Positions 28,649 through 40,969 of a DNA stretch of 64,000 nucleotides are shown here, piece after piece. The first letter of the stretch is position 1. Each line of letters begins with the position of its first letter. The notes under the pieces are model-generated. The model ran no database searches and was not told the DNA's origin. It saw only the letters and a program-made list of their open reading frames with translations. A program made the position numbers and the translations under genes. Source of the stretch: Longimicrobiales bacterium (lineage in GTDB: Bacteria > Gemmatimonadota > Gemmatimonadetes > Longimicrobiales > Gaopeijiaceae); NCBI GenBank assembly GCA_965202805.1, contig OZ241869.1:992001-1056000 (forward strand), in the 5' to 3' direction.

Positions 28649-30022
28649 TCAGGATTCGTGCTGCCTGGTGTTCGAGGATTTCTTCTTCACCGGTCTGACC
28701 ACGCACCGATAGCCTTCGGCGCTCAGAACCCGGATGTCTTCGCCTTCGGAGATGAACTCCGAATCGGCGACGACGTCCACCCTCTCGTCGCCGAAGAGCC
28801 CGGTCCCGGCAGGACGCAGGTCCGTGAGGGCCACGCCCTCCGACCCGATCAGATCGTCGCGCCGGCGAGCCGACTCGAAGCCGTGTTCGCGGTCGGTGGC
28901 GTCCTTCAGCAGCAGGCCGGAGCGCGCGATGTGGCGGCTGCGCGGGAGGCGTCGCAGCAGGGCCCAGGAGGTTACCAGGATGATGACCAGGCTGAGCGAG
29001 ACCACGGTGCTGGCCTGGGAGAAGTCCGCGGCCGTGGGAAGGCCGCCGAGCATGCTCATGAACACGCCGCCCACGATGGCCGCGATGCCGAGCAGGCCGA
29101 AGATGCCGAAACCCGGGATCAGGAGGGCTTCCACGGCCAGGAGCCCGACACCGCCCCCAACCAGGAGAAGATCGGTCCACCCGGCCAACCCCACGATCAG
29201 GTGCGAGCCGAAGTACGCCGACAGGCAGAGGACGCCTACCAGCCCCGGAGCGCCGAGCCCGGGAGTGCGGATTTCGATGATGAGCCCCAGGAACCCCAGC
29301 GAGAGCAGGAACGGGGCGACGGTCGGGTGGGAGAGGAAGCGCACCAGGCGCTCGGACCAGTTGATCGTGTGCCTGCGGATGGGGGCTTCGCGGGCGCCGG
29401 CCACCTCCAGCACCGCGTCGAGGTCGTCGACCTCGCGCGCGTACCCGAGGGCCACGGCCTCTTCGGTGGTGAGGGTGAGGAGCTGACCCTCCTCCACCAC
29501 GTCGGGAATGGCGATGGCCTCGTCGACCATGGCTTCGGCGACCGCCGGATCGAGTTCCGCGGCCTCGGCCAGCGCGCGCATCTCGCTTCGCATCGCCGAT
29601 ACGATCTTCTCGCTGGCCTTCTGGCCGGAGCCGTCCACCGGGGTCGCCGCGCCGATCACCGAGCCGGGGCGCATGAGGATGCCGTCGGTGGCGAGGGAGA
29701 TCAGGGCGCCTGCGGACAGTGCGCGGCGATTGACATAGGCGTACACGGGAATGCCGGCGTCCGCGATGGCGTCGCCGATGCGCTCGGCGGCGTCCACGCG
29801 ACCTCCCGGGGTGTCGATGTCCAGAACGAGCGCCGCGGCGCCCTCCGCCTCCGCTTCGCGGATGGCCCGCTCGATGGAGGGTGCAAGACCAAGCTCGATC
29901 ACGCCTGTGACCGGCACCACCACCACGGGTGCACGGCCCCCGGCGTCCTGTGGCGCTTCGCCAGCGACGAATCCCAGACTCGCGCCGGCGGCGACGAAGA
30001 TCCCGCCGGCCATGACACGCAT
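28649..30022 (-). CDS. nfeD: NfeD-family membrane-bound serine protease (YqeZ-like)
   Basis: IDTPGG, ALSAGALI, GAATP, LTLTTEEA, TM bundle, C-terminal TDLRPAG OB-fold. Confidence 0.9.
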   Translation of the reverse strand: MRVMAGGIFVAAGASLGFVAGEAPQDAGGRAPVVVVPVTGVIELGLAPSIERAIREAEAEGAAALVLDIDTPGGRVDAAERIGDAIADAGIPVYAYVNRRALSAGALISLATDGILMRPGSVIGAATPVDGSGQKASEKIVSAMRSEMRALAEAAELDPAVAEAMVDEAIAIPDVVEEGQLLTLTTEEAVALGYAREVDDLDAVLEVAGAREAPIRRHTINWSERLVRFLSHPTVAPFLLSLGFLGLIIEIRTPGLGAPGLVGVLCLSAYFGSHLIVGLAGWTDLLLVGGGVGLLAVEALLIPGFGIFGLLGIAAIVGGVFMSMLGGLPTAADFSQASTVVSLSLVIILVTSWALLRRLPRSRHIARSGLLLKDATDREHGFESARRRDDLIGSEGVALTDLRPAGTGLFGDERVDVVADSEFISEGEDIRVLSAEGYRCVVRPVKKKSSNTRQHES

Positions 30023-30367
30023 TGACGTCTTCACCTGTGTCGGTCCTCCTCCTTGCCGGCCTCCGAAACCTGCGGCTCTCCGCGTCGTCCTGTAATCCCC
30101 CGGTCCGCGCGCGCCGTTCCCGCAAGTTAGCAGCCCGTGGATGAATCCGCGCGCGCCGGGAGCGGCGCCCCGTCCCGCGCGCGGCGCGAAAGGGGCGGAG
30201 CATGGCTGCGGCGTGCCCGACGGCCCGGAGTTGAAACGGCACTTGCCCGCAGGGGCGCTCCCCGGCATGGTGGCGGTGTCCCGAAGCCATTGGCCGGCCC
30301 GCGATGGATCCGGCAATCCGTTTGCCCGCCCCGTTGCGCGCGCCGCAGCCCGACTCTTCCCAACCCC

Positions 30368-33300
30368 ATGTCAGCCATGCCCATCATCGCCCGCTCCGCC
30401 CGACGCTCGCTCGCCGCTCTGGCGCTCCTGACCATCGCGCTCCCCTTCCCGGCCCGCGCCCAGGTCTCCGTCGCCGACGCCCTCTCCAGCCTGTCCCTGC
30501 GCGAGATCGGACCGGCGGTTGCGGGGGGTCGCATCGCCGACATCGAGGTGAACCCCGCCGACCCGTCCGTGTGGTACGTGGCCGTGGGCTCGGGTGGCGT
30601 GTGGAAGACGACCAACGCCGGGGTCACATGGACCCCCGTGTTCGACGACCAGCCCACCTATTCCATCGGCGACCTCGCCCTCGACCCCGCGAACCCGGAG
30701 GTGGTGTGGGCGGGCACCGGCGAGAACGTGAGCGGCCGGCACGTGGCGTGGGGCTCGGGCCTGTACCGCAGCCGCGACGGGGGCGGAAGCTGGGAGCAGG
30801 TGGGCCTCGCGGACAGCGAGCACATCGGCAAGATCCTCATCCACCCCGACGACGGGAACACCGTGCTGGTCGCGGCGGAGGGCCCGCTCTGGTCGGCCGG
30901 CGGCGAGCGCGGCGTCTACCGGACCCGCGACGGCGGCAACACCTGGCAGCAGGTGCTCGCCCTCGACGAGCACACCGGGGTGACGGACCTCGAGTTCGCG
31001 CCCGGCAACCCGGACGTGGTGTACGCCGCCGCCTTCCAGCGCCGGCGCCACGTCTGGGGCTACATGGCGGGCGGACCGTCGTCTGGCATCCACAAGTCCA
31101 CCGACGGCGGAGACAACTGGCGCGAGGTGACGCGCGGGCTCCCCTCGGGCGACATGGGCAAGATCGGGCTCGCCGTCACGCCGGCCGACCCGGACATCGT
31201 CTACGCCACCATCGAGGCCGGCGACGAGGAGCGGGGCTTCTACCGGTCCACCGACCAGGGCGAGAGCTGGGAGCAGCGCAACTCCTACATCTCCGGGGGC
31301 ACGGGCCCGCACTACTACCAGGAGATCGAAGCCTCCCCCACGGACGCCGACCTGGTGATCCAGATGGACGTGTTCTACCAGATCACGCGGGACGGCGGCG
31401 CCACCTTCGCGACCCTGGGCACGGGCCGTGAAAAGCACTCCGACAACCACGCCCTCTGGTTCGATCCCGACGACACGCGGCACATGCTCGCCGGCACCGA
31501 CGCCGGACTCTACGAGACCTTCGACGAGGGCGAGACCTGGCGTCACTTCCCCAACATGCCCATCTCGCAGTTCTACAAGGTCGCCATCTCCAACCGGGAG
31601 CCCTTCTTCGAGATTCTGGGCGGCGCGCAGGATCTGGGGACGCTGTGGGGACCCTCGCGCACCACCCATGTCGAAGGGGTGCGCAACTCGGACTGGTACT
31701 TCCCCATGGGCGCGGACGGCTACGGGGTGCAGTTCGATCCCTCGGACCCGGACATCCTCTACCTGATGACGCAGGTGGGGAACCTGTACCGCGTCGATCG
31801 CCGGAGCGACGAGGCCATCCAGATCCAGCCCCAGCCCGAAGTCGGGGATCCGCCCGAGCGCTGGAACTGGGATTCGCCCATCCTGGTCAGCCCGCACTCC
31901 ACGAGCCGCCTGTACTTCGCGTCGCAGCGCCTTTGGCGGAGCGAGGACCGGGGCGATTCCTGGACGGCGATCAGCGGCGACCTGACCACGAATACCAATC
32001 GCTACGAGCTGCCCTTCATGGGCCGGGTTTGGGAACTCGACGCGCTGCACGACAACGGCGCGATGTCGATGTACGCCACCATCACCTCCATCAGCGAGAG
32101 CCCGGTTCAGGAGGATGCACTGTATGTCGGGACGGATGACGGGCTGATCCACTTCAGTCCGGACGGGGGCGGCAGCTGGAGCGGTGCGACGGCGCTTCCC
32201 GGGGTTCCGGAGCGCTCCTTCATCAACGATGTCGAGGCGAGCCAGCACGACGCGGCGACGGTGTTCGCGGTCGCGGACGCGCACAAGATCGGCGACTACT
32301 CTCCCTACATCTTCAGGAGCGACGACAACGGCCAAAGCTGGTCGTCCATCTCCGGGGACCTGGAGGATGGAACCATCGCGTGGGCGATCCAGCAGGACCA
32401 CGAGAACGCCAACCTGCTCTTCCTCGCGGCGGAGTGGGGCCTCTACTTCTCGCCCAACGGGGGCGCGAACTGGCACCGGCTTCCGGGGGCGCCCACCATC
32501 GCGTTCCGCGACCTGAAGCTGCATCGGCGGGACGAGGACGTCGTGGGAGCCACCTTCGGCCGCGGCTTCTACGTGCTCGACGACTACTCGCCGCTGCGCG
32601 AGATCGCGGGCGGGGCGCTGGAGGCGGATGGCGGCGCGGGGGTATGGCCGGTGCGGGACGCCTGGTGGTACATCCCCAGCGTTCCCAACCAGGCTCCGGG
32701 CCGCCCGACGCTCGGAACCGACGCCTACTCCGCGCCCAACCCGCCCTTCGGGGCGACGCTCACCTATCTCCTCCCCGAGGTGCCTTCGACGGCCGGAGCC
32801 CAGCGCGAAGAGCGGGAACGCGAGATGCGCGAGCTGGGCGCCGACGTGCCCTTCCCCGGATACGAGACGCTGCGCGCCGAAGCCGCCGAGAGCGGGCCCA
32901 GGGCACTGGTCCGGGTGTCGGATGCGAATGGCGAGCCCGTGCGCTGGGTGGAGGGTCCCGCGCGCGCCGGTTTGCATCGCATCGCCTGGGACCTGCGGAG
33001 ACCCGCGCCGAACCCCATCGACCTCTCGACTCCCGGATTCATCCCCCCGTGGGCGTCCGCTCCGGCCGGGCCGCTGGCTCCTCCCGGCGAGTACTCGGCG
33101 CAGTTGGTGCTGGTCACCGCCGACGGCGTGGAGGAGGTCGGCGGGGCGAGGAGCTTCCAGGTGAAGCCGGTTCCGAGCGCGCCTCCGGGCACCGACTTCG
33201 TGGCGGTGGCGGCCTTTCAGCAGCGCGTAAGCGAGCTGCAGCGGCGGATCGGGGTGGCGGGTTCCGAGCTCGGGCGCCAATCCGGGCGGCTTGGTTACAT

Positions 33301-33667
33301 GCGCGCCGCACTGCTGCGCACGCCCGCCGCGGGCGCCGAACTCTTCGGCCGCATCGACGAGGTCGAGCAGGCCTTCGCCGGCATCCGCCTCCGGCTCCAG
33401 GGCGACCAGCTGCGCGGATCGCTCAACGAGCCCGGCGTACCGTCGGTCGCCAACCGGGTGGGCAACGTCGCGGGAGGTCACTGGCAGACGCGCCAGAACC
33501 CGACCGCGACCCAGCGACGCAACATCGAGATCGCCGAAGGGGACCTCGCGGGCCTCGAGCGGGACATCGCCGGCATCATCGACGGGCCGCTGGCCGAGCT
33601 GGAAGAGGCGCTGGCCGCCGCGGGCGCGCCCTGGACGCCCGGACGGCCGGTCGGCCCGCCGCGCTGA
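30368..33667 (+). CDS. Secreted BNR/Asp-box (VPS10/sortilin-like) repeat glycosyl hydrolase-like protein
   Basis: Signal peptide, R.IGPA..GGRIAD, many S.DGG.TW Asp-boxes, GAQDLG, ATFGRGFYVLDD. Confidence 0.85.
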   Translation: MSAMPIIARSARRSLAALALLTIALPFPARAQVSVADALSSLSLREIGPAVAGGRIADIEVNPADPSVWYVAVGSGGVWKTTNAGVTWTPVFDDQPTYSIGDLALDPANPEVVWAGTGENVSGRHVAWGSGLYRSRDGGGSWEQVGLADSEHIGKILIHPDDGNTVLVAAEGPLWSAGGERGVYRTRDGGNTWQQVLALDEHTGVTDLEFAPGNPDVVYAAAFQRRRHVWGYMAGGPSSGIHKSTDGGDNWREVTRGLPSGDMGKIGLAVTPADPDIVYATIEAGDEERGFYRSTDQGESWEQRNSYISGGTGPHYYQEIEASPTDADLVIQMDVFYQITRDGGATFATLGTGREKHSDNHALWFDPDDTRHMLAGTDAGLYETFDEGETWRHFPNMPISQFYKVAISNREPFFEILGGAQDLGTLWGPSRTTHVEGVRNSDWYFPMGADGYGVQFDPSDPDILYLMTQVGNLYRVDRRSDEAIQIQPQPEVGDPPERWNWDSPILVSPHSTSRLYFASQRLWRSEDRGDSWTAISGDLTTNTNRYELPFMGRVWELDALHDNGAMSMYATITSISESPVQEDALYVGTDDGLIHFSPDGGGSWSGATALPGVPERSFINDVEASQHDAATVFAVADAHKIGDYSPYIFRSDDNGQSWSSISGDLEDGTIAWAIQQDHENANLLFLAAEWGLYFSPNGGANWHRLPGAPTIAFRDLKLHRRDEDVVGATFGRGFYVLDDYSPLREIAGGALEADGGAGVWPVRDAWWYIPSVPNQAPGRPTLGTDAYSAPNPPFGATLTYLLPEVPSTAGAQREEREREMRELGADVPFPGYETLRAEAAESGPRALVRVSDANGEPVRWVEGPARAGLHRIAWDLRRPAPNPIDLSTPGFIPPWASAPAGPLAPPGEYSAQLVLVTADGVEEVGGARSFQVKPVPSAPPGTDFVAVAAFQQRVSELQRRIGVAGSELGRQSGRLGYMRAALLRTPAAGAELFGRIDEVEQAFAGIRLRLQGDQLRGSLNEPGVPSVANRVGNVAGGHWQTRQNPTATQRRNIEIAEGDLAGLERDIAGIIDGPLAELEEALAAAGAPWTPGRPVGPPR

Positions 33668-33796
33668 GGGGAAGGGTTCGCGGCTCAACCCGACTCATCG
33701 CGCCGAGGAGCCCGGGTCCCCGCACCGGGGCCCTGACACTATAATTGTGCCGCCCATGCCGGATCCCACCACATCATCCATCAGGGAGAAACCCGA

Positions 33797-34597
33797 ATGA
33801 CCGACCAGACCCTGGTCCACTACGACGTCCAGGACGGCGTCTGCATCCTGACCCTCGACGATCCTCCGGCCAACACCTACACCTACGAGATGATGCAGCA
33901 GCTGGACGCCTGCATCCTGCGCGCGCGCATGGACGAGGACGCGCACGTCATCGTGCTCACCGGCAGGGGCGAGAAGTTCTTCAGCGCCGGTGCCAGCATC
34001 CAGATGCTCAACGAGGTGACGCCGACCTTCAAGTACTTCTTCTGCCTCCATGCCAACGAGACGCTCAACCGCCTCGAGCACACCCCGAAGCTCACCATCG
34101 GCGCGCTCAACGGGCACACCGTGGGCGGCGGGCTCGAGATCGCGATGGCGTGTGACCTGCGGGTCGCGCGCGCCGGCGGGTCGCGCATCGGGCTGCCGGA
34201 GATCAACCTGGGCGTGCTGCCGGGCACGGGCGGCACCCAGCGGCTGGCGCGTCTGGTCGGCAAGTCGCGCTCCATCGAGATGATGACCACGGGACAGCTC
34301 TTCGGCTTCGCCGAGGGCCTCGACCACGGCATCATCAACCGCGTGATCGAAGCCGACTCCGGGGACGACTTCATGGCGAAGGTCCTGGAGTTCGCGGGCG
34401 GCTTCACGCCGCCAGGGAAGGCGTCGAAGGCGGTCGGCCTGATCAAGAGGTCGGTGCAGACCGGGGCCGAGATCCCCTTCGAGACCGGCCTGGCCGTCGA
34501 GCGGGAGCTCCAGCAGCAGCTCTTCCAGAGCGAAGACGCCACAGAGGGCATCGCCGCCTACGTCGAGAAGCGCCGCGCCAACTTCCAGGGGAAATAG
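33797..34597 (+). CDS. Enoyl-CoA hydratase/isomerase family protein
   Basis: FFSAGA, NGHTVGGGLEIAMACD, GLPEINLGVLPGTGGTQRL. Confidence 0.9.
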   Translation: MTDQTLVHYDVQDGVCILTLDDPPANTYTYEMMQQLDACILRARMDEDAHVIVLTGRGEKFFSAGASIQMLNEVTPTFKYFFCLHANETLNRLEHTPKLTIGALNGHTVGGGLEIAMACDLRVARAGGSRIGLPEINLGVLPGTGGTQRLARLVGKSRSIEMMTTGQLFGFAEGLDHGIINRVIEADSGDDFMAKVLEFAGGFTPPGKASKAVGLIKRSVQTGAEIPFETGLAVERELQQQLFQSEDATEGIAAYVEKRRANFQGK

Positions 34598-34613
34598 AGG
34601 AGACGAATCCGCG

Positions 34614-36067
34614 ATGAACGACATGCGCGCGCGCGGGCTCTGGATCGACAACGAGAGCGTGCCCTCCGCCTCCGGGACCACGTTCGCCACCATCAACCCC
34701 GCGACCGGCGAGGTGCTCGCCGAGGTCGCGGAGGGGACTGCGGAGGATGTTGCGCGGGCGGTGGAGTCGGCACAGGCCGCGCTCGCGTCGAAGGCGTGGC
34801 GACGCACCGACGCCCACAAACGGTCGCGGCTGCTCTGGCGGCTGGCCGACCTGATCGAGCGCGATGCCCGGCTGATCGCCGAGACCGAGACGCGCGACAA
34901 CGGCAAGCCCATCTTCGAGTCGCGCTACGTGGACGTGCCCAGCGTGGTGGAGAACTTCCGCTATTTCGCGGGGCTGGCGGACAAGATCCAGGGCGAGACC
35001 ATCCCGGTGAAGGGGCCGTTCCTCAACTACACCCTGCGCGAGCCGGTGGGGGTGGTCGGGTGCATCGTGCCGTGGAATTTCCCGCTCTCGCTCGCGACCT
35101 GGAAGGTTGCCCCGGCGCTGGCGTGCGGGAACGCGGTGGTCCTGAAGCCCGCAATGGAGACCCCCCTGACGGCCCTGCTGCTGGGCGAACTGGCCGCGGA
35201 GGCCGGCTTTCCGCCGGGCATTCTGAACGTCGTCCCGGGATGCGGAACGCGCGCCGGCGCGGCCCTGGTGCGCCATCCCGGCGTGGATGCGATCGCCTTC
35301 ACGGGCTCGACCGAAGTGGGCAAAACCATCATGCGGGAGGCGGCGGACACGCTGAAGAAGGTCTCCCTCGAGCTGGGCGGCAAGTCGCCCAACATCGTCT
35401 TCGCGGACGCCGACCTGGGCAGCGCCGTGCGCGGCGCGAACACCGGCATCTTCTATGGAAAGGGCGAGGTGTGCGCCGCCGGCTCCCGCATCCTCGTGCA
35501 GGAGGCGGTCTACGAGGAGTTCCTCGACGGGCTGGCCGCCCGCGCGGGCAGGATGGCGGTGGGAGACCCCATGGGCCCGAAGACGCGCATGGGGGCGATC
35601 GTCAGCCGGAAGCAGCGGGACGTGGTGCTCGGCTACATCGAGGCCGGCAAGGCCGACGGCGCCCGACTGGTGGCGGGAGGCGAGGCGGCCACGGTGAACG
35701 GCAGGGGCAACTTCGTGCAGGCGACCATCTTCGCGGACGTCACCCCGGAAATGCGGATCGCACGGGAAGAGATCTTCGGGCCGGTGGCGGCGGTCATCCC
35801 CTTCACCGACACGGCCGACGCCATCGAGAAGGCCAACCGGACCATCTACGGGCTCGCGGCCGGGATCTGGACCCGCGACGTGGGCCGGGCGCACCGCATC
35901 GCCCGGGAAGTCCGTGCCGGCACCGTGTGGATCAACACCTACAACCAGTACGACTCGGGGTCGCCCTTCGGCGGGTACAAGCAGAGCGGGTTCGGCCGCG
36001 ACCTGGGCTACCAGGCGGCGCTGGACAAGTACACCCAGGTGAAGAGCGTGTGGGTGGCGCTGGACGG

Positions 36068-36071
<4 letters not shown>
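34614..36071 (+). CDS. NAD(P)-dependent aldehyde dehydrogenase
   Basis: PWNFP, FTGSTEVG, LELGGKSP, catalytic Cys GEVCAAG, EEIFGP, PFGGYKQSG. Confidence 0.93.
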
Positions 36072-37264
<1,193 letters not shown>

Positions 37265-37285
37265 CCGCCGTGGACTGCTAGCCCC

Positions 37286-38158
37286 ATGGCAACCCGGATC
37301 GAGCGCGTGACCGTCCTGGGCGCGGGGGTCATGGGTCACGGCATCGCCCAGGTGGCGGCCATGGCCGGGCACCGGGTCACCCTCCACGATCCCGACGCGG
37401 CGGCGGCCGAACGCGGCCTGGCCCGCATCCGCGCCAACCTGGACAAGGGCGTCTCTCTCGGAAAGGTGCGCGCGGAGGAGCGGGCAGAGGCACTCGACCG
37501 CATCTCTCCGGCGCCGTCGCTGGCGGCGGCCTGCGCACGGGCGGAGCTGGTGGTGGAAGCCGCCCCCGAGCGCATGGAACTGAAGCGGAGCCTCTTCCTC
37601 GAGGTGGAGGCCGCCGCGTCTCCCTCCGCGCTGCTGGCCACCAACACCTCCTCCCTCAGCATCGACGCGATCGCCGAGGTGCTCGCCGAGCCCGGTCGCT
37701 TCCTCGGGGTGCACTTCTTCAACCCGGTGCACCTGATGGCCCTGGTGGAAGTCGTGCGCGGCAGCCGTACGGACGCGGCCGTCCTGGACGCCGGCGTCGC
37801 ATTCGCGCGCGGCCTGGGCAAGGAGCCCATCGTCGTCCGGGACGCCCCCGGCTTCGCCTCCTCCCGCCTCGGCGTGGCCCTGGGGCTGGAAGCCATGCGC
37901 ATGGTGGAGGAGGGCGTGGCCGAGCCCGCCGCCATCGACAGGGCCATGGAGCTGGGCTACCGGCACCCCATGGGGCCGCTCCGCCTCACCGACCTCGTGG
38001 GGCTCGACGTGCGCCTGGCGATCGCCGAGTACCTGCACGAGAAGCTGGGCGGAGAGCGCTACCGTCCCCCCGCCATCTTGCGACGCATGGTGGAAGAGGG
38101 GAAGCTCGGAAGGAAGACGGGCGAGGGATTCTACCGCTGGGACAAGGGGGCACGGTGA
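37286..38158 (+). CDS. 3-hydroxyacyl-CoA dehydrogenase
   Basis: GAGVMGHGIA, TNTSSL, HFFNP, HPMGPL. Confidence 0.92.
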   Translation: MATRIERVTVLGAGVMGHGIAQVAAMAGHRVTLHDPDAAAAERGLARIRANLDKGVSLGKVRAEERAEALDRISPAPSLAAACARAELVVEAAPERMELKRSLFLEVEAAASPSALLATNTSSLSIDAIAEVLAEPGRFLGVHFFNPVHLMALVEVVRGSRTDAAVLDAGVAFARGLGKEPIVVRDAPGFASSRLGVALGLEAMRMVEEGVAEPAAIDRAMELGYRHPMGPLRLTDLVGLDVRLAIAEYLHEKLGGERYRPPAILRRMVEEGKLGRKTGEGFYRWDKGAR

Positions 38159-38285
38159 CAGCCGGACGACGGATTGCGTGGGCGGGGACCGCAACGGAGG
38201 CCGTAGCCCGGTGACTGCGCGCGGACCTGCCGATGGCGAATCGAAGCGGAACGCCGACGGTGGACCAGCGGCCGGCGGTGGACCG

Positions 38286-39086
38286 GTGACAGCGTCCGCG
38301 GGCGCACCCGGGTACCAGACCATCGTGGTCGAGCGCGAGGGCACGGTCGCGACCGTGCGCATCAACCGGCCCGACAAGCTGAACGCCCTCAACGCGGCAG
38401 TGCGGCGCGAAATCGCGCAGGCGATGGACCGGCTGGCCCACGACGACGGCGTGCGGGTGGCCGTCCTGTGCGGCACCGGCGAGAAGGCCTTCGCTGCGGG
38501 GGCCGACGTCGCCGAGTTCGCGGGGCGCACTCCCGGCGAACAGCGCCAGGTCTACCGGCGCCGGCGCGTGTACGACGCGGTGGCCGCCTTCCCCAAGCCC
38601 GTCATCGCCGCCATCCACGGCTTCTGCCTGGGAGGCGGGGTCGAACTGGCGCTCGCCTGCGACGTGCGCGTGGCCGACCCGAGCGCCCGCTTCGGCCAGT
38701 TCGAGATTCGCCTGGGGCTGATTCCGGGCGCCGGCGGAACCCAGCGCCTGGCGCGGCTGGTGGGGCCGGGACAGGCCGCGCGCATCGCCCTGAGCGGCGA
38801 CGTGGTCGACGCCGCCGAAGCCCACCGCATCGGCCTCGTCGAGATCCTCGCGGACGAGGGCGAGCACCTCGCCCGGGCCCGGGAGCTGGCCGGACGCATG
38901 GCGCGCTGGAGCCCCGTCGCGCTCGGGCTGGTCAAGGAGTCGCTCAGGGCCGCCGCCGAGACCCCGCTGGCCGAGGGGCTGGCGCTCGAGAAGGAGCTCT
39001 TCCTCGCGGCCTTCGCGAGCGACGATGGCCGGGAGGGCGTGCGCGCCTTCGTAGAGAAGCGCCGCCCGGAGTTCCGCGGACGATGA
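38286..39086 (+). CDS. Enoyl-CoA hydratase (PaaF-like); start uncertain
   Basis: NRPDKLNALN, AFAAGAD, GGGVELALACD, FEIRLGLIPGAGGTQRL. Confidence 0.88.
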   Translation: MTASAGAPGYQTIVVEREGTVATVRINRPDKLNALNAAVRREIAQAMDRLAHDDGVRVAVLCGTGEKAFAAGADVAEFAGRTPGEQRQVYRRRRVYDAVAAFPKPVIAAIHGFCLGGGVELALACDVRVADPSARFGQFEIRLGLIPGAGGTQRLARLVGPGQAARIALSGDVVDAAEAHRIGLVEILADEGEHLARARELAGRMARWSPVALGLVKESLRAAAETPLAEGLALEKELFLAAFASDDGREGVRAFVEKRRPEFRGR

Positions 39087-39382
39087 ACCTCGTGAAGCTG
39101 GTGCGCGCCGCGACCACGATCTACTTCGTGCTGTTCCTGGTCTTCGTCACCTGGCCGGGCTTCGTCCCCTTCAACCGCCCGCTGCCGCTGGTGCTGGGCC
39201 TGCCCTTCAACATGGCCATGATCGCGCTCTGGGTGGGGTTCGGGGCGGTGGTGCTCTTCGTGCTGGACCGCTCGGAGGAACGGCACAGGGCCGCGGCGCG
39301 ACCCGGATCCGGACCCCGGCGCACGCCGTCAGGCCGACGCGGTCGGGCCGGACACGAAGCCCGCAGCGGAGGAGCCACCTAG
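39083..39382 (+). CDS. Small membrane protein (DUF3311-like symporter partner)
   Basis: Two TMs, PLVLGLPF motif, directly upstream of the SSS transporter. Confidence 0.7.
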   Translation: MNLVKLVRAATTIYFVLFLVFVTWPGFVPFNRPLPLVLGLPFNMAMIALWVGFGAVVLFVLDRSEERHRAAARPGSGPRRTPSGRRGRAGHEARSGGAT

Positions 39383-40951
39383 ATGGAGCGCTGGCAGCTG
39401 ATCGCGGGCCTGATCCTGGTCTATCTGGCGGTGACGCTGGGGATCGGGCTGATGGCGGGCCGGCGCGCCTCCCGGAGCGTGACGGGCTATGTAGCCGGAG
39501 ACCGTCGCTTCGGGCTTCTCGTCATGTACTTCGTCACCGGGGCGACCGTCTTCTCGGCCTTCGCCTTCCTGGGCGGGCCGGGCTGGGCCTATTCCCGCGG
39601 CGCCGCCGCCTTCTACATCCTCTCCTACGGCGCCCTCGGAATCGCTCCCTGGTACTTCATCGGGCCGCGCGCGGCCGCACTCGGGCGGCGCTTCGGCTAC
39701 GTCACCCAGGCTCAGCTGCTGGTCGGACGCTTCCCCTCCCGCTTCCTCTCGGCGCTGATGGCGGCGCTCTCCGTGGCCGCGTTCGTACCCTACATCACCC
39801 TGCAGATGCAGGGGGCGGGCATCGTCATCGAGGCGGTCACCGACGGCCACGTCCCGCTGGCCGTGGGGGCCGCGATCGCCTACGGCATCGTGGCGCTGTA
39901 CGTGCTGACCAGCGGTGTGGCCGCGGTCGGATGGACCAACACCTTCCAGGGCATCTTCATGGTCACGATCGCCTGGTCGCTCGGCATCTATCTGCCGTTC
40001 CGCCTGTACGGCGGGGTGGGAGAGATGTTTGAGCGCATCCTGGCCGAGCGCCCGGAGATGCTCTCCGTCCCGGGCCTCACCGCCGCGGGCGATCCCTGGA
40101 GCTGGGGGGGCTACTCGAGCGCCATCCTGGTGAGCGCGATCGGGCTCATGATGTGGCCCCACCTCTTCATGAAGGCCTTCACCGCGCGCGACGACCGGAC
40201 GCTCCGCCGCACCGTGGTACTGTTCCCGACCTTCCAGCTCTTCCTGATCCCCGTCTTCCTGATCGGCTTCGCCGGAGTGCTGCTGCCGGAGTCTCCTCCC
40301 GGAGCCGACTTCATCCTCCCCTTCCTCATCCTGCGCTCCGAGCTGCCCGTGCTGGTGGTGGGCCTGTTCTGCGCGGGCGCCCTCTCGGCATCGATGTCGA
40401 CCGGGGACGCCCTCATGCACGCGGCGGCATCCGTGACCGTGGAAGACGGCGTCGGCCCCTTCCGCCGGCTGAGCGACGCCTCGCAACGCCGCCTCATGCA
40501 GGCGCTGGTCCTTGTGGTGGGGGTGGTCGCGTACGGGTTCGCGCTGGACGAGGACTCCTCGCTGGTGGTGCTGCTTCTGACCGCCTACGGGATCATCTGC
40601 CAGTTCGCGCCCCCCATCTGCGCCGCGCTCTTCTGGCGGCGGGCCACCACCCCGGGCATCGTGGCCGGCCTGGTCGCAGGCTCGGCGACGGCGGTCTTCT
40701 TCTTCACCACCGGGTACCTGGGGATGGAACTGCGCCCGCTCGACCTGCACGAGGGCATCCTGGGGCTCATGGTCCACATTCCGGTGCTGGTGGGGGTCAG
40801 CCTCGCGACGCAGCCGCAGGACCGTGACCACACCGAGGCCTTCCTGAACCCGCGCGGTTCGACGGATACCGCGGGCTCCCATGGCGCCGTTTCCGCGGAT
40901 GGCGCCGTTTCCGGGGGCACTGGCCCCGCGCACGATACCCGGCGCGGATGA
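39383..40951 (+). CDS. Sodium:solute symporter family protein
   Basis: Many TMs, YVAGDR, FSAFAFLGGPG, ALSASMST. Confidence 0.9.
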   Translation: MERWQLIAGLILVYLAVTLGIGLMAGRRASRSVTGYVAGDRRFGLLVMYFVTGATVFSAFAFLGGPGWAYSRGAAAFYILSYGALGIAPWYFIGPRAAALGRRFGYVTQAQLLVGRFPSRFLSALMAALSVAAFVPYITLQMQGAGIVIEAVTDGHVPLAVGAAIAYGIVALYVLTSGVAAVGWTNTFQGIFMVTIAWSLGIYLPFRLYGGVGEMFERILAERPEMLSVPGLTAAGDPWSWGGYSSAILVSAIGLMMWPHLFMKAFTARDDRTLRRTVVLFPTFQLFLIPVFLIGFAGVLLPESPPGADFILPFLILRSELPVLVVGLFCAGALSASMSTGDALMHAAASVTVEDGVGPFRRLSDASQRRLMQALVLVVGVVAYGFALDEDSSLVVLLLTAYGIICQFAPPICAALFWRRATTPGIVAGLVAGSATAVFFFTTGYLGMELRPLDLHEGILGLMVHIPVLVGVSLATQPQDRDHTEAFLNPRGSTDTAGSHGAVSADGAVSGGTGPAHDTRRG

Positions 40952-40969
40952 ACGGGATGCCCATCGTGG

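Noticed and set aside
30371..33688. Very long antisense and alternate-frame ORFs (e.g. 1105 aa here; also 9039-11147, 23761-25683, 36008-38530)
   Set aside because: Shadow ORFs of real genes in high-GC DNA; Arg/Gly/Pro-rich with no family motifs
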